Of a DNA stretch of 50,527 bases, positions 1-12,978 are shown piece after piece. How positions within the stretch are numbered: position 1 is the stretch's first letter; each line of letters begins with the position of its first letter. This DNA is from Atractiella rhizophila (taxonomy: Eukaryota). The position numbers were made by a program, and so were the translations under genes. The notes below the pieces were generated by a model. It did no database searches and was not told the origin of the DNA. It was given only the letters and a program-made list of their open reading frames with translations. The stretch covers positions 62,001-112,527 of the forward strand of contig MU271268.1 in the NCBI GenBank assembly GCA_021432655.1, given 5' to 3'.

Positions 1-2447
1 TCTGAGGCTCTTCACGGCTGTCTTCTCAGAGAGGATCTGAGCATCCACAACTGGGAACCGCTGCTTTACTGTGCCAAAGGTGGAATCTGCAAGCATGTTA
101 GCGCTGATGTTGATTCAAAGGTGGGAAGAGTGAATCGCACGTTCTTCGAGCAAATTCGACGATGGTTCCTCCTGAGATATCTTCCGTGCCAGCTCCGTCT
201 CATCCCTGAACCCTAATTTAGCCATCTGTACCTGAGAGCGAAAGTCACAACCCACAATACTTCGTAGTTCTTCATGACAAGGCAAAGATCGGCGACGTCC
301 ATATAATCCCCACAACCTCCAATGACAAGAACGCAGCTCACTCCATGCTCCTTGAACAATGCTCGGACCTTTCACAACGAAGCGTCATAACTCTGATCCA
401 GAACAGAGAAGCTAGCAGAACATACCTTGAAAATGAGCGCCACGATGGGTTCTACAATTCGATAAACGGAGTGAGGGAACAGATGTAGGGAAAGATACCA
501 GCATCTGAAGATATTAATTTCTGCATTCGACGATCACCTATCCATCAGAATAAAGTCAAATTATCTTTCAGGTCTAAGGAGGTGGGACGAACGAATCAAA
601 AAGTTAGTAGCCGCCGTGTCCTCATCCAAGCAAATACACGTTGCACCAACCTCGATACCTGCATTTCCTCGTCGCATCAGCTCCCTCCTGGATCCTGCAA
701 CGAATGCCCACACCTTCGATCACAGAGGCGCTCATAGAAGTCGAGCCTGAAGCATCCTCGGTCGAGAAGTTTTCGGTGACCGTTCCGCCAGGTAGGTGGC
801 GTATGAAAGGGGATATGTCAACCGTATGAATCATCCTCCCGTCTTCCACCTTGACGTGTACAGTGTTTGGATCGGTGACCACCAGCTCCCTTCCGTCCCC
901 TGGTATATGGTTGTAGATTCCCGTGCTGATGGCTGACAGCAAAGTCGACTTCCCCTATAGGCGCCAATCACATCGAATCCATCGAACTGATGATGGAAAG
1001 CAAAGAGTGCCTACGTGGAATCCACCACCTGCAATCATCGTGACACCTTTCTTGATGCCCATCCCTTGGACTGTCCCGCGGTGGGGAAGAACGAGCGTGA
1101 GCTGGAGAGAAGGGGGGGATTTGAAGGGCATGAGGGATGGGGAGGACATGGGTTGGTCTGAATTGCCCGCTTTGCGAGGGAGGATGGAACCATTGGCTAT
1201 GAAGCACACTAAACCTGCAACCGATAGTCAAAACACAAAGGGGGGGTATGTATATTAGGAAGGAGGGCACGGACCTTGTCGCACGGTTTCAGAACGTAGG
1301 ACTTCTTGGTCCTCTATGGCGTCAACAAATGCTTCCACGCTTCTTTGGTCTTGATTCTCCCAAGCGATGGCCGCCACGAGGCTGGGGACTCTATCCTTGA
1401 AGAGTGCCGCTTCAAGCAGGCAAAGACTATGTTAGCCATTCGACGGAGAAGATGCCCAGAAGTAGAACGGAGCGTACCTGCTTCCCTTCCCAAAATGCTC
1501 CGTCCTGCGGCAGGTAGGTTGATTGTGCACCTGATCACTACGTGTCCTCTTTCTAGGTCGATCGTGCACGCCGTCCTCTCCAGCACCTGTTGACCGGGAA
1601 CGTCGACACCTACGTCACCTCCTTTCTTGCCTCCCCATCCTCCGCCGCCGTGAGAAGAAGATTGATGGCTCTGATTCCACCCCTCTGAAGTACAGGTGCC
1701 ATGAAAAACGCGGAGGATGTAGTCCTGTAAAGCGATGCGTCGCACCCGGACTTGGTAGAGCGAAGCGGGGTAAGCGTTCGGTATTAAGATTGTGAATTTT
1801 GATGGCGGAGCATAAGGGTCTTCAGAGCTCCGCTGTCAGCAAGGAATTATCGAATATTTGGTGCCAACACACCCGACTGTGCCCGAACGAAGGAAAGGAT
1901 GTAGTTTGGGTCAGCGAATGCCCAGTCCCCTAGAGAATCCTGGAGTTTAAGGCCAGTCGAAGGCGAGAGAGAGCAGCGGACCGTGCAAATCCTTATATGA
2001 GCCGTACGGCCTCCCATCCTTTTCCTGTAACTGCCTCACAAAATCACTATCCACGGTCATCATCAACTCCGTCGCCTCTACCGTAAATTGAAACGTACCT
2101 CCCCGTCCCTCTCTGTTGGACCACAATATCCCCTAAATATCATTCCAGTAATACAATAAGCAGACCTTCATATCATTTTCACAAAATTAAAAAGGGAAAC
2201 AAGGACACACCTATACGAGCGCGCTTTGGTATTGGTCCTCCACTCTCCTGCCCTCGATCTTCATGGTGACTTCGATTTTGATTTCGATCTTGACCTTGAA
2301 AGTGGTTGCCATGCCCTTCTCCTACTCCGCCTCTATCTCTACCTCTACCTCGTCCGCCACCGCCATAAAGAGCTCTGTAGTATGCTCCTCTACCTGTTGC
2401 GGAATTATAAATATTCAGCGTAGCAAGCGGAAGGACCTGCCTGACAT
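1..2447 (-). CDS. Predicted ABC-class ATPase (COG3044 / Pfam ABC_ATPase family), multi-exon, 3' end outside the window
   Basis: Spliced motifs read on the minus strand: KDGRPYGSYKDLHG (~1981-2023), DPYAPPS (~1801-1820), PGQQVLERTA, LPAAGRSILG, NGSILPRKAG and GMGIKKGVTMIAGGGFH|GKSTLLSAISTGIYNHIPGDGRE. The Walker A motif is split by a 60-nt GT-AG intron at 955-1014, and EDASGSTS follows. The N-terminus is Gly/Arg-rich. The start is uncertain (ATG 2447 or 2611). Confidence 0.85.
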
Positions 2448-2677
2448 GCAAAGCGTTGCTGTTAGTAGATGATCGCAGTCCAATGTAGAACTATGTGATG
2501 ACAACCCTCCTGCTAGACAGTAACGGATGATCAACTGCAGTGCTGCTTCTGCTTCAGAATACTCAGTGGAAGACTGGGGGACTTACCACCAGAATCACGT
2601 GCGAACATCATGGGAGAAACCCGAATCCAGAATCCACTTAAAATTTGGGAGAAACATCACGGAAAAACATAGCAACG

Positions 2678-4021
2678 ATGTCGCACTCCATTACCTCATC
2701 TGACCTCAGATCCATCCACGACTTTGCCATCTCCCTTGCCAGGCAAGCAGGTGCCATCATCAAATCAGCATCCGATAGTCGACTACGATCGGGTGGAGAG
2801 GGAGAGGGCAGCGCATTCGAGGATAAGAAGAACAGAGTGGACTTGGTCACTGAGACGGACCAGGCCGTTGAGAGGTTCGTGCTGGAGAAGATTGGGGAGA
2901 AGTATCCGGATCACAAGTGTGTTTCTCAGTTGTTGTTGGTCGCTTTTTGACTTATGGATATCTTACTTTTATTTACTACAAGGAGGATGCTGAATCTATA
3001 AAATTAATGCAGGTTCATAGGAGAAGAATCCTACGCTTCCGGTTCACGCCCGTCGTTCACAGATGACCCGACGTGGATCGTCGATCCAATCGGTCTGTAT
3101 CTCCTCTCTTCCTTCCCGCTCAACTGATGATTTCTGGTGAGGAAGACGGGACGACTAACTTCATTCATGGTTTCGACTTCGTCTGCATCTCCATCGGATT
3201 CACCCTCAACCGGGTCCCAACGATCGGGTTCGTGCCCCATCACAACTTGAGCCGATTATGTTTCTAAGATGCGTGACGGAACAGTGTGATATACAACCCC
3301 TTCCAAGACAAGCTCTACTCCGCCCTCAAGGGTCACGGAGCCTTCCTCCATCGTGGCACTGCAAGTGAACTGAAAAACCAACCCCCGCCACGCCGTCTTC
3401 CACTGTCTCACCCTTCGCCTCCTCCCATCTTAAACGGCTTAAAGGACGGTCTCGTCGCCGTGGAATGGGGTAGCGATCGAACAAAAGATGTGAGCCCTTC
3501 CTCCCACTCCTCTGTCCTCCTCCATTCCTTCGTTAGAGTGGGCGAGCAAGATTACAAAGCAGTTGGACTTACCATCGAACTTATAACAGGTGATGGACAA
3601 AAAATCACTTTCATTTGTTCGACTCGCCGGAGACCCCGATGACATCCCTAAAGGCGTCATGGCACACTCCCTCCGATCTGTGGGCAGCGCAGCCATAAAC
3701 TATTCCTACGTAGCGTGAGTCTGCACCGTGCCAGCCCAAGAACAAGAGCCGATGATACTCAATTTTTGGGATAGTGAGGGAACACTCGATTGTTATTGGG
3801 AAATCGGCTGTTTCAGCTGGGACGTCTGCGCGGGCATCCTCATCGCTCGTGAGGCTGGAGGATCGGTTTATGGAAGGGGCGGGAAGAGGTGGGAAGAGGA
3901 TGATCTGATGGGGAGACACTTCTTTGTAGTCCGGGGCATGGGAGAGGGCGAAGAAGGCGAGAAGGCGAAAGACAAGATTGCCCAGGAGTGGTTCGCGACC
4001 GTCGAGGAGTGGGAGGCTTAG
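2678..4021 (+). CDS. Inositol monophosphatase (IMPase family), multi-exon
   Basis: [58 protein letters not shown] and WDVCAG motifs occur in order across GT-AG introns. Stop TAG ends at 4021. Confidence 0.93.
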
Positions 4022-4618
4022 ATTATTCCTAAGCGCTAAAATTTGTCGATTCGTGTACACTTGTAGAGTTGATGTGATGATAAACATGTTCCATATCCAG
4101 ACTATATTCATATCCATGATACTACAACTTTGAGGGAACCTTCGAAGATTTTAGGGAAAGGAAGTAGCAAAACAAAGGATGATGTTAGTTGTCAATAACA
4201 CAGTGCTTCGTCGAGGCATCAGAAGACTCAGAGGTCGATCGATCAGTCTGAAAGTCGAAACCAGCAAACATTTGAGAAAGGAGAAGGGATAAGCAAGGAC
4301 TGACGTTTAAATTGTTGTATCTGGGAGAAAAAAAACAAAATAAAGGATATAAGTTCGAAATTAAGGGTTGACTTGAATTGTTCATAAAGGGCAGGCACCG
4401 ACTTGGATTACGGATTGTGGGAGTCGACGATAGTTAGATGTCTTGATTGCATGCAACAATACACTGAAAACTTGGCATGGCGCGGCATGGCTGATTGTTT
4501 CGACAAGCTGGATGATCAAGATGAAGAGAAATAATAAAGAGAAATGGATGTCGCCGAAGAGGGATATCGTTTCCGTGTTTATGTTCGTAGAGACTGAGAC
4601 TTTCGGTGAACATCCAAT

Positions 4619-7600
4619 CTACATCTCCAGACTTTCGCCTTTCTCAAGTTGAAATCCATGGACCCTCAGTCGATAGAGGCAGGTGACGTCCTTATTGCCA
4701 TGATTGCTCATAACCTTCAGCACGACGACTCCGACGGGAATCTGCAACCTTTCGGCCAACGAGTTGGCAGGGAAGGTTTGAATGTGGTTCTTCGCATCAA
4801 CGTCGTAACTTCCCGAAGCGAGGAGAATGTGATTCGGACTCTGAGGAACAGATCCTTCTGGCTCCTCAAACTCTGTGCCATCCTCGCCTCTCGCCAGCGC
4901 TTCCGCCCTCTTCTTATTCCTCTCAATCCGATCTTGTCGCAAACGTTCCACATCTTTCTTGTCCTCAATCACACCCCAAACTTCAAAGTTTCGAGGTGCG
5001 AGGCTCATGTCGTAGTTGACCTCTTTCGCCGCATGCTCAATTGTCACATCCGTGACCACGATCCGGCGGCTGAGAAGGACACCGAGATTGCCCTTCGATC
5101 CCTTGAAGGGCCAGCATGAACCAGGGGTGAGTTGGGGAGAGAGCGCGTGGACAGGTGAGAGACCGTAGATAATGCCACGACCGGTAGCTGATGCAATGAT
5201 ACGACGGAAGAAACCTTTAGGTCGAACAGAATATATTTCGGAAGTGAGCTCGGGTATGACTCTCCCTCCTGCGGAATAGAGCGCGTAGTCTGGCCGCGCA
5301 AGGGTATCCTTGGAGTATCGAAGGAGGGCTTCGTCGATGAGGGATTCGACCAGAGAGGCGATGTCGTCTCCTGTCTTCGTTGTATACCTGCTTTTTGGAG
5401 AAGCGGAGTCCTTGATGATTTGCTGAGTCTGAACTCGTGTTTTGTCCAAAATCTCCTGTCCTAGTTTGTTGAGGTTTTCATTGAACTTTTTGTCTGAATC
5501 CGTCTTCAAAGTCTGAATCTCCCTCTTCAAGATGTCCAAGAACGTCGCTCTCGAAACTACTACACCTGACCCAACCTTCTGCTGAACGTCGGCATCGATC
5601 CAAGTCTTCAGAGACGCCTCATTTGCCACCAGGAACTCTTGCCAAGTAGGCTGACGAACAGTGACGGTCGTCGTGGTGTCGCCTCCAGCACCAGCTGGGC
5701 GTTTGGCTAATTCAAGCTCCAAAGTGGTTTTGTCTACGAATGCGTCCCGAAGATGCATCCAGAAAGCAGGATTAATGTCAAGTCTTCCAGTCTTGGGATC
5801 CATTTGGACGGCGAGGCGAGCGGGAAGCTTCGACTCGATTGCGTCGATTGCGATTTGTGCGACCTTATCTGGAGAGTGTGAAGCAACTTCCTTCTTGAGG
5901 TCTTCAAGCTTTCCTTCTAAACCACTGAAATGCCTCTGATTCGTGGACTCGTGCGCATCAACCTTAGTTGCTAGACGATCCAATCCACGTTCGAGGGTCT
6001 TTAAGCGTGCAATGTCGTCTGCGTGAGCATCATTGAGCTGCTTGATTGATCCGAGAGTGCGCGGCCATTCTCCACTGATCGTATCGACGGTTTTAGCAGT
6101 AAGTCGTAGACTAGCAATGATATCTGCCTCCTCGTCCATCCTCTTCTTCCTCTCGTTAGCCATGTCCCGCTCGAGAGCCTTGAACTTGGAATCCACTTTG
6201 ACATGTTCGGTCTCCGTTCGCCGGGAGAGATCACCAAGTGCGCGCTCGAGATGTGTTAATCGTTCGATACTCTCTGGCGGGAGGTTAGGTGGAGTGTACC
6301 CACGATGCTTTTGGAACATAGGTGGAAGCCAAACGCCAGAGCTACCAGTGTCATCGTCTCCACTTTACAACACTGTCAATTAAGCTTTGTCACAGTAGCT
6401 CAACAACTTACCTTAGAAGGGACGCAAACAAGACTAAAGAGAGCAGAGACAAGATGATGAAGGCAGACGTCCTTTCTCTGAACAATCTGACCAACCAATC
6501 CTTGATGCCGCCCAACTGACTGAAGATAGCAGATAGCACCCCGATGGTGTTCCTGATAGCGCCACCGAGAGCAACAGAGATCCGACTCGGTTCCTGTGGT
6601 TCCACCACATCCGAAGTTTCTGCAGTAGGTGGTGGGGGACGGGGAGCCTTCTGTTGTGTTGCTCGAACCTCTTCGGTCGTGACGGGTGTCACGGTCGCGA
6701 CTTTAGCAGGTCCAAACTTGCGCTTCTTGAGTTCGTTCGACTCCCTTGCCACTCGTTGAGCTTCGGCAATCTTCTTTTGTTTCGCAACCTCCGCCTTCCT
6801 CTCCATCTCTTTCACCATCCTTTCCTCCTCCGCAAAATCATAGCTGCTCGAAGCTACACCGGAGAGAGACTGTTGACTCGCGTTCGTTAGATCCCGGATA
6901 CGACCATTAGAGACGCTAGCTAGACTGGTATGGGCCTGTGGAGCTTTGATGCCTCTAAGGCTACTCGGTAGGATATTGCCCGACGAGGTAGACGTGAGGT
7001 TCTGCTGAGACAGGGATCTAGATTGCTCAGCCGAAGGCTCCACAGAGGCGGTAGTCGTAGAAGGTGAGCCAGGACGGAGGTAGAATGTGGCGGTCGAGTC
7101 CGCGTCCATCATGGTGACATCTTCCAGTTCATCCCCTTGTCCGGGAGCCCCTGACTTCCTCCTCCTTCTCCTCACGACTCTTCTCCCACTCTCATCGTAT
7201 TCCTCCGATTCTTCAGTCTCCCCAGGTACATACGCCCCATCCTTGTCCTTCGTTCGACGAGTAGTCTTGCGCTTCTTGGCTACGAAACCATGAGATAGGT
7301 ATACAAGCAACAAAAATGAGAAGATAAACGTACGTCCAATCTCCAATGACGCGTCAGGGCTCTCATCACCGATCCCGCCTAGATTCCTTCTCCCCCTTGT
7401 CAAAGCAATCCCGTCACCGCCTTCCTCATCACTTGCGGTTTCTTCCTCATCTCCAGCATTTTTCCTGCTCTTTCTTGTCTTCTTCACCACCGTGACTTGC
7501 TCCACTGTCGTCTCTCCCGGAACCCTGATGGTCCGTCTAGATCTGCTGAGAGCAATCCCTTCTCCTCCCTCTTCATCACTGCCAGTCTCCTCCTCTTCGC

Positions 7601-8862
7601 CTCCTCCATCATTCTTCTTCTTCAAGCTCCTCCTCTTCTTCGCAGGTTGCGACACCTCCAGACTGTCCTCAGGTCTCCTAATCTCCCTGCGCCCACGAGT
7701 GAGAGCGATGCCTTCTCCGCCTTCTTCGTCCGAGTCAGAAGTAGCAGTCTCCTCTTCCTGGCCCTTCTTATTCGACTTTCGTCGCTGTTTCTTCTTAGGA
7801 GGTGGAGCCGTTCCGTCATCGACGAATTCGACAGACTTCTTAGGCCGCTTTCCACGAGTGGCACCGATACCTTCCCCTGCCGACGAATCGTCAGAGTTGG
7901 TTTCTCCTGGAACATGCCTATTATCACCCAATTCAGCTTGAACTGAAAGCCTAAAAATGAATTGAGGAGATTGACTAACTTGTAAGTAGGATCTAATTGG
8001 CTCTTTCTCTTCTTCCTCTTCCTCTTTCCCAACACATCAACAGGACTGCTGTCTTCCCCCTCAAAATGCGTCTCCTTCTGTCCCTCCGCCGCTGCCGCCT
8101 GTCCCCCTCCAACCGCAAACTGCCTCGCCTGCGCCTCCCTGAAGGCGGTTGCGATATTGATGCTCGTGTCTTTACTGGCTCCTTCCACCACCGGCGGCCT
8201 TGCAGCGAACTGCCGCGCTCCACCAGAATGAGGGGGAGCGGTTGCGACGCCGGTTGAGTTCACACGCTCCTTCAATCTCGCATACCTCACAGCTGCAGCT
8301 TCCGTCGCGCCACTGCGGAGCAGTCCACCTCCAGCACCGACCGACGATACGCTGGCGTCGTCTTGAAGATGGGCTTCCCCTTCTTTCTGCAAGGACGCTC
8401 TCGCCCTCTTCCTTCCTGAGCTCCCGCCCCCTATGCTATCACGATCTCCCATATCTCCTCCACCTCCACCGGAGGAGCGCGGTTTGGCGTTATTCGCTGC
8501 TCCGTACGCGTAGGATATGGGGATGCTATGCGTTTGAACACTCCTCCGCTCTCTCCCTTGAGATGTAGATAGGACTTCAGAGGCCGGACGAGGAGGAGAT
8601 GGGGGTGGTAAAATCTGAGAGCGGCTTGAAGTGGGTTTTGACGGTGCCGTCTGTTCCATAGTCATACATGGTAAACTCAGACACGTGACACTAGAAGGTA
8701 AATAGAGAGAGAAGGACGCACGGGTGCAAGCGATTGTTGACCACCTTGTTGTTGAGATTGTTGTTGATTCGAATTCGATGTGTCTTTTTCTTTCGGGAGA
8801 CCCTTGGAGAATGTGTTCAGTTGTCTCCTAGAGCCTTTGTTTGGACTTCCAGACGTGAACAT
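4619..8862 (-). CDS. SUN-domain (Sad1/UNC-84-like) inner nuclear membrane / spindle pole body protein
   Basis: C-terminal SUN motifs (PDYALYSAGGRVI, PGSCWPFKGSKG, VTDVTIEH, APRNFEVWG, SNHGNKDVTCLYRLRVHG) follow a coiled coil and a TM segment (AFIILSLLSLVLFASLL). The long N-terminus is basic/acidic and low-complexity. Exon 1 (ATG 8862) splices in phase 0 (gtgcgt...gaacag) into the ORF at ~8650. Confidence 0.9.
7378..7890 (-). repeat. Four imperfect coding repeats of (D)EEGGEGIAL(T/S)R(G/S)RR within the SUN protein N-terminus
   Basis: SSAGEGIGATRGKR, DEEGGEGIALTRGRR, DEEGGEGIALSRSRR and DEEGGDGIALTRGRR are spaced ~48-52 aa apart, each followed by a Lys/Arg-rich stretch. Confidence 0.85.
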
Positions 8863-9702
8863 GGTGTCTAAACAAGGTAAATCAGAAAGAGGTCAACAGT
8901 CCCTTGTTGGACACGAAGCGGCGTTGAAATGTTGAGAACAGCGCAAACTTCCATAACAAAGGAGGTGAAAGGTGCGCCATGCCATAAATGCAACCCAAAT
9001 ACCATTTAAAACAAGAAAAAAGGATCAAAAGACAAACCTCTGACACGAGAGACTGTGCAATGTTATTGTGATGTCCTTCACTCCAATCTCTTGGTTACTT
9101 CCTTCGCCTTCGCTCCTAAACGTGACAATCCTTTCCACACCAAAGCGCGAGGGTCACGCTAATTCGTTGTTTCTGTTGTGTTTCTCGCGAGTCGTGAGCT
9201 GGAGGATGAGTTGGTGATCGTCGTGTTTGAGAGTTGAAAAGCCCTTGTTGTCAACTTTCGGTTCCTTCAGGGCCGGCCGCGACAACAACACAGGAGTTGG
9301 GCACAGATGGAGAGCTTGTCATTTGGAGGGGACTGAAGTTGCTGGAGCCTTATGGTTGTTTATGGCGAGGAATTAATGTTCTGGCAAGTTAAGAGTGAGC
9401 AAATTAGGCTGAACCTGGGTACCATTTCCATCAAACTCCCTCGTACGGTGACATCAGCTGAACACCATTGGGCTTCTCGAGCTAGAGCATCTAGATCCCT
9501 CTTGAGTAGAAACATGAGAGATTTTTATTCTTTGCTTCGCTTGATATCTGAAAGCGATGGAGGGGACCTTTTTATTAGTCTCCCCCTAAAACAACCTGCT
9601 ACTTCCCGCTTCCCACCGCTGAGAAGTTTGCGCGAGATAAAAGGGTTTATACCTCTTTCATTCCAAAGTACTAGAAAGTATAACATATCCAACACGTCAA
9701 AA

Positions 9703-12389
9703 ATGTCTTCCTCAACACCTTTACCTGCGATTCCTATTGTTGTTTTGTGTATAATCATGATAGGAGAGTTCCTCTCAGCTTCCATCGCTCCGTTCCTCTA
9801 CTTCATGATCGAATCTTTCTTTCCCCCTGATTACCCGAATCGTGAAGGCAAGGCTGGTCTCTGGACAGGAATCGTAGGTTTGTATTCGTCTTCCTCTCCG
9901 ATCAAATCCAGTAAAGGTTCCTGAGCAAATTGCTTGTGGCAGCCTCCTCTTTCTTCCTAGGTCAATTTCTCACTTCTCTCCTCTGGTCGAGCGTTGCCAC
10001 TACATATGGGAAGAAGACTGTTCTTATCCTGTCACTTCTCGGTAATACCATCACGCTCGTCCTATTTGGATTCTCGACATCTCTAACCCAAGCTTATTTC
10101 GTTCGTCTTGCCCAAGGAATGTTCAACGGTGCTATTGGAGTGGCCAGAGACGTTTTGACCGACATTACGGATTCTACGAACCAAGGTAAAGCTTATGCTG
10201 TAGTGGGATTCTGCTGGGGAATGGGTGGCATCTTGGGACCTATCATCGGAGGCCTGACGGAGCACCCTGTACGTTCCTTATTCTTTTCTTGTGAATCGCG
10301 TGATTGCATAATCAGTTACATGGATGTAGGCAAAGAGGTTCCCACTGTTCCATTCACACGTTCTGGTCCTCTTCACGATATATCCTTATTTACTACCCTG
10401 CCTCCTCGCCGCCCTTATAACTGGTGCAGGCTGCATTCTCTCCCTATTCCTCCCTTCCTCGCCCCGACTTCCTTCCCCGCCTAACTACGAATACGACGAA
10501 TATGGTCACATCAAGATCTCAGAAACCGCGCAAATCCCATCTGCTCCACCTCATTCCATTGTACGGACCCTGTCCCTCTCTTCGTCGTCGACTCCTAGGA
10601 CCACTTATTACGGTTCCATCCATCAAATCGCTAGTACTTCTTCGCCGCAGAAGCCCGGATTCAGCTTCGAGCGATTTCCCACAAGAGACAGTGGAAGACA
10701 AATTGTTTTCGATACCCCTAGAACGAAGGATCACACTTCCAGAGCTTCTTCCTTGGGAAGATATGAAACTATGGAGTCGGGAGGAGGTTCTGTGCTTTCT
10801 AGAGCCTCGAGAGACATATCTTCGCAGAGGAAGAAAACGAGGGATTCCAGTCGGTCCGTCAAGAGGCATAGGACTAGGGATACTGTTGCCAGCGTCGTGA
10901 CTGAGGGCTCGGGACTAGCGGAAAGGTCCTTCCATTTCTCTCTCCATATTTATTGTTTCGAATAAATGATTTGATCTCAGGTATATACTTGCGAATGATA
11001 TGAAGCTCTTCTCGATTACGGATTTGTTCGTCGCTGTCCAACAGCTCGACCTGGAAGGGACGGATGATGAGTCCCTTGCTTCAGGTGACGACGAATACGG
11101 TATAGCAGAGGACAATCTCTACGTCGATGGGTTTGGTGATGAATACGATGATGAAGGAAGGAGCTGGAGAGACTCGATCCTGTCTTACCCGTTTATCACA
11201 TTCTCATCAGCGGCAACGGCTACAGCGGCTCAAAACAGACACTCAGGAAGCATGAGCCCCCCAGTTCGTAGGACGGGCGCGTTCAGGATTCCGAAAAGGC
11301 TCGGAACGGGGGAAGTATCCGATGTTGAGACATCTGTACAAGAGTCGAGGCGGCCTCTCCTAGCACCAGTCGAGAAAGAGTCCGTATGGAGGTCCATACC
11401 TTGGTATTTGGTTGGAAACTATGCGTTAGTCGCATTGCATGCTACGATTTTTGATCAGCTCTTCATGTAAGTATCCTTTGCAGTCCTGTGGCAGTTGCTC
11501 ATAGGACGTCGGCTGAGGTCCTTGCTCCTGACACCAATCGCCGCCAATGGACTAGGAATAAACGCTGTTACCTTCGCACAATTGATTGCCTGTGTAGGCA
11601 CTTCGTCTTCTTCCATCACTCAGTGGTACAGCTAAGGGGAAAATGCAGCTCTGTTTCTTGCAGATGGTATTCCAATTTGTTGTGGTATGCACCTCGTTGC
11701 TTCAATAGCACGAAGCAAAATAATTACGCTACCAGTATCCTGCTCTTGGACCTCCAACTGGACCACTCTCCTACACGTCGATGTTCCTCCTAGGTCTTAC
11801 ATTTTACCTACCGACCTACATTCTGGTGCCCTCTCTGCGTCATCTCCTGCAACCTACGGACAACCCATCTGAGTTTTTGCTTATCAGTTTGTTCTGTCTC
11901 ATGGGTACATTTCTTTTCAACTCCTCAAGTTATTGGTTTTAACTCTCTCCAGCGAGTCGCAGTTTCGGAGGCATCTGCGCGTACACTTCGATCTCCATTC
12001 TTCTGAACGAGAGCACCGCGCCGAAGTATATCCCCTATGCAAATGGTCTCGCCCAATCATTCGTTAGCCTAGCCAGATTTGCTGGGCCAATGCTAGGAGG
12101 ATTCGTGTGTTTCCCATTAGATTTCGTGGCATGATTGTACTGATATTTCGAATCACCGCAGCTTTGGTCTCTTTCGATGAAAAGCGAGAGCGAAAGCACT
12201 AGAAATTTGCCTTTCTTGCTTGTCGCCAGCATGGCTGTCTTCCCCATCGTGTTACCATGGGCGATGCTAATCTCAAGCCTCATCCTAGATGGCATTTTTG
12301 CTCTCTTGTGCTGTTTCTTTCGCCCTTGCACTACTTTCTGGTACATATTTTGTCTTGCTCACCGGGAGGACAGGCCGATGAGATATTAA
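9703..12389 (+). CDS. Major facilitator superfamily transporter (ZIFL/DHA1-like) with a large central cytoplasmic loop
   Basis: Multiple TM exons: SSFFLGQFLTSLLWSSVATTYGKKTVL (motif A-like), RLAQGMFNGAIGV, GMGGILGPIIGG and ANGLAQSFVSLARFAGPMLGG. The 3' end is approximate. Confidence 0.85.
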
Positions 12390-12978
12390 AAGATGCAGGA
12401 TGGAATGTAGACCGCTGATTTGAAGTTCATCAACAGGTTGTCTGTCATCGTTCTTCTAAGTTAGTATTGCGTTCAGACAATGATGATAATGACACTTTTG
12501 CAACAAAGCGAGCGGTAACGGGGAAGAAAAGACGAAAACATCGTGTAAAGGGATTTGAATGTGATTTGATGAGAAAGAGTTATAGGGAATGTATACTGAA
12601 TAATTCTGCACTCTCCAGGATAACGAAAAGGAGGGAAAGACGAAGCAGACTCCAAACAACCAATAAATGTGGGATTTTGAGGGGGAACGAAATAATGACA
12701 ACATTGTACATATAAGGAGTGCCTGACCAAGAACCCTCAGCTTGAAGAACTAAGAAACATGACCCTAAATTATACTGACGGCGAAGGCAGGAGATAAAAA
12801 ATGAAATGACGTAGATTGCTGGTCTAATATGCAAAGTCGATGTGCAGAGTGTGTGCTGTTGGGTCCATAGGCGGCTTGTTGACTGTGACAGACGAAAGAG
12901 ACGAATATTGGCCAACTCCGGAAGACGGTATGCATGCAAAGCCAGAACATGAGGAATGGAACGAGGATGTCACAACGT

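Noticed and set aside
4649..8568. Many plus-strand ORFs opposite the SUN gene (likewise opposite LYS2, GT90 and the thioesterase)
   Set aside because: These are antisense shadows of low-complexity or codon-biased coding sequence, with no independent motifs.
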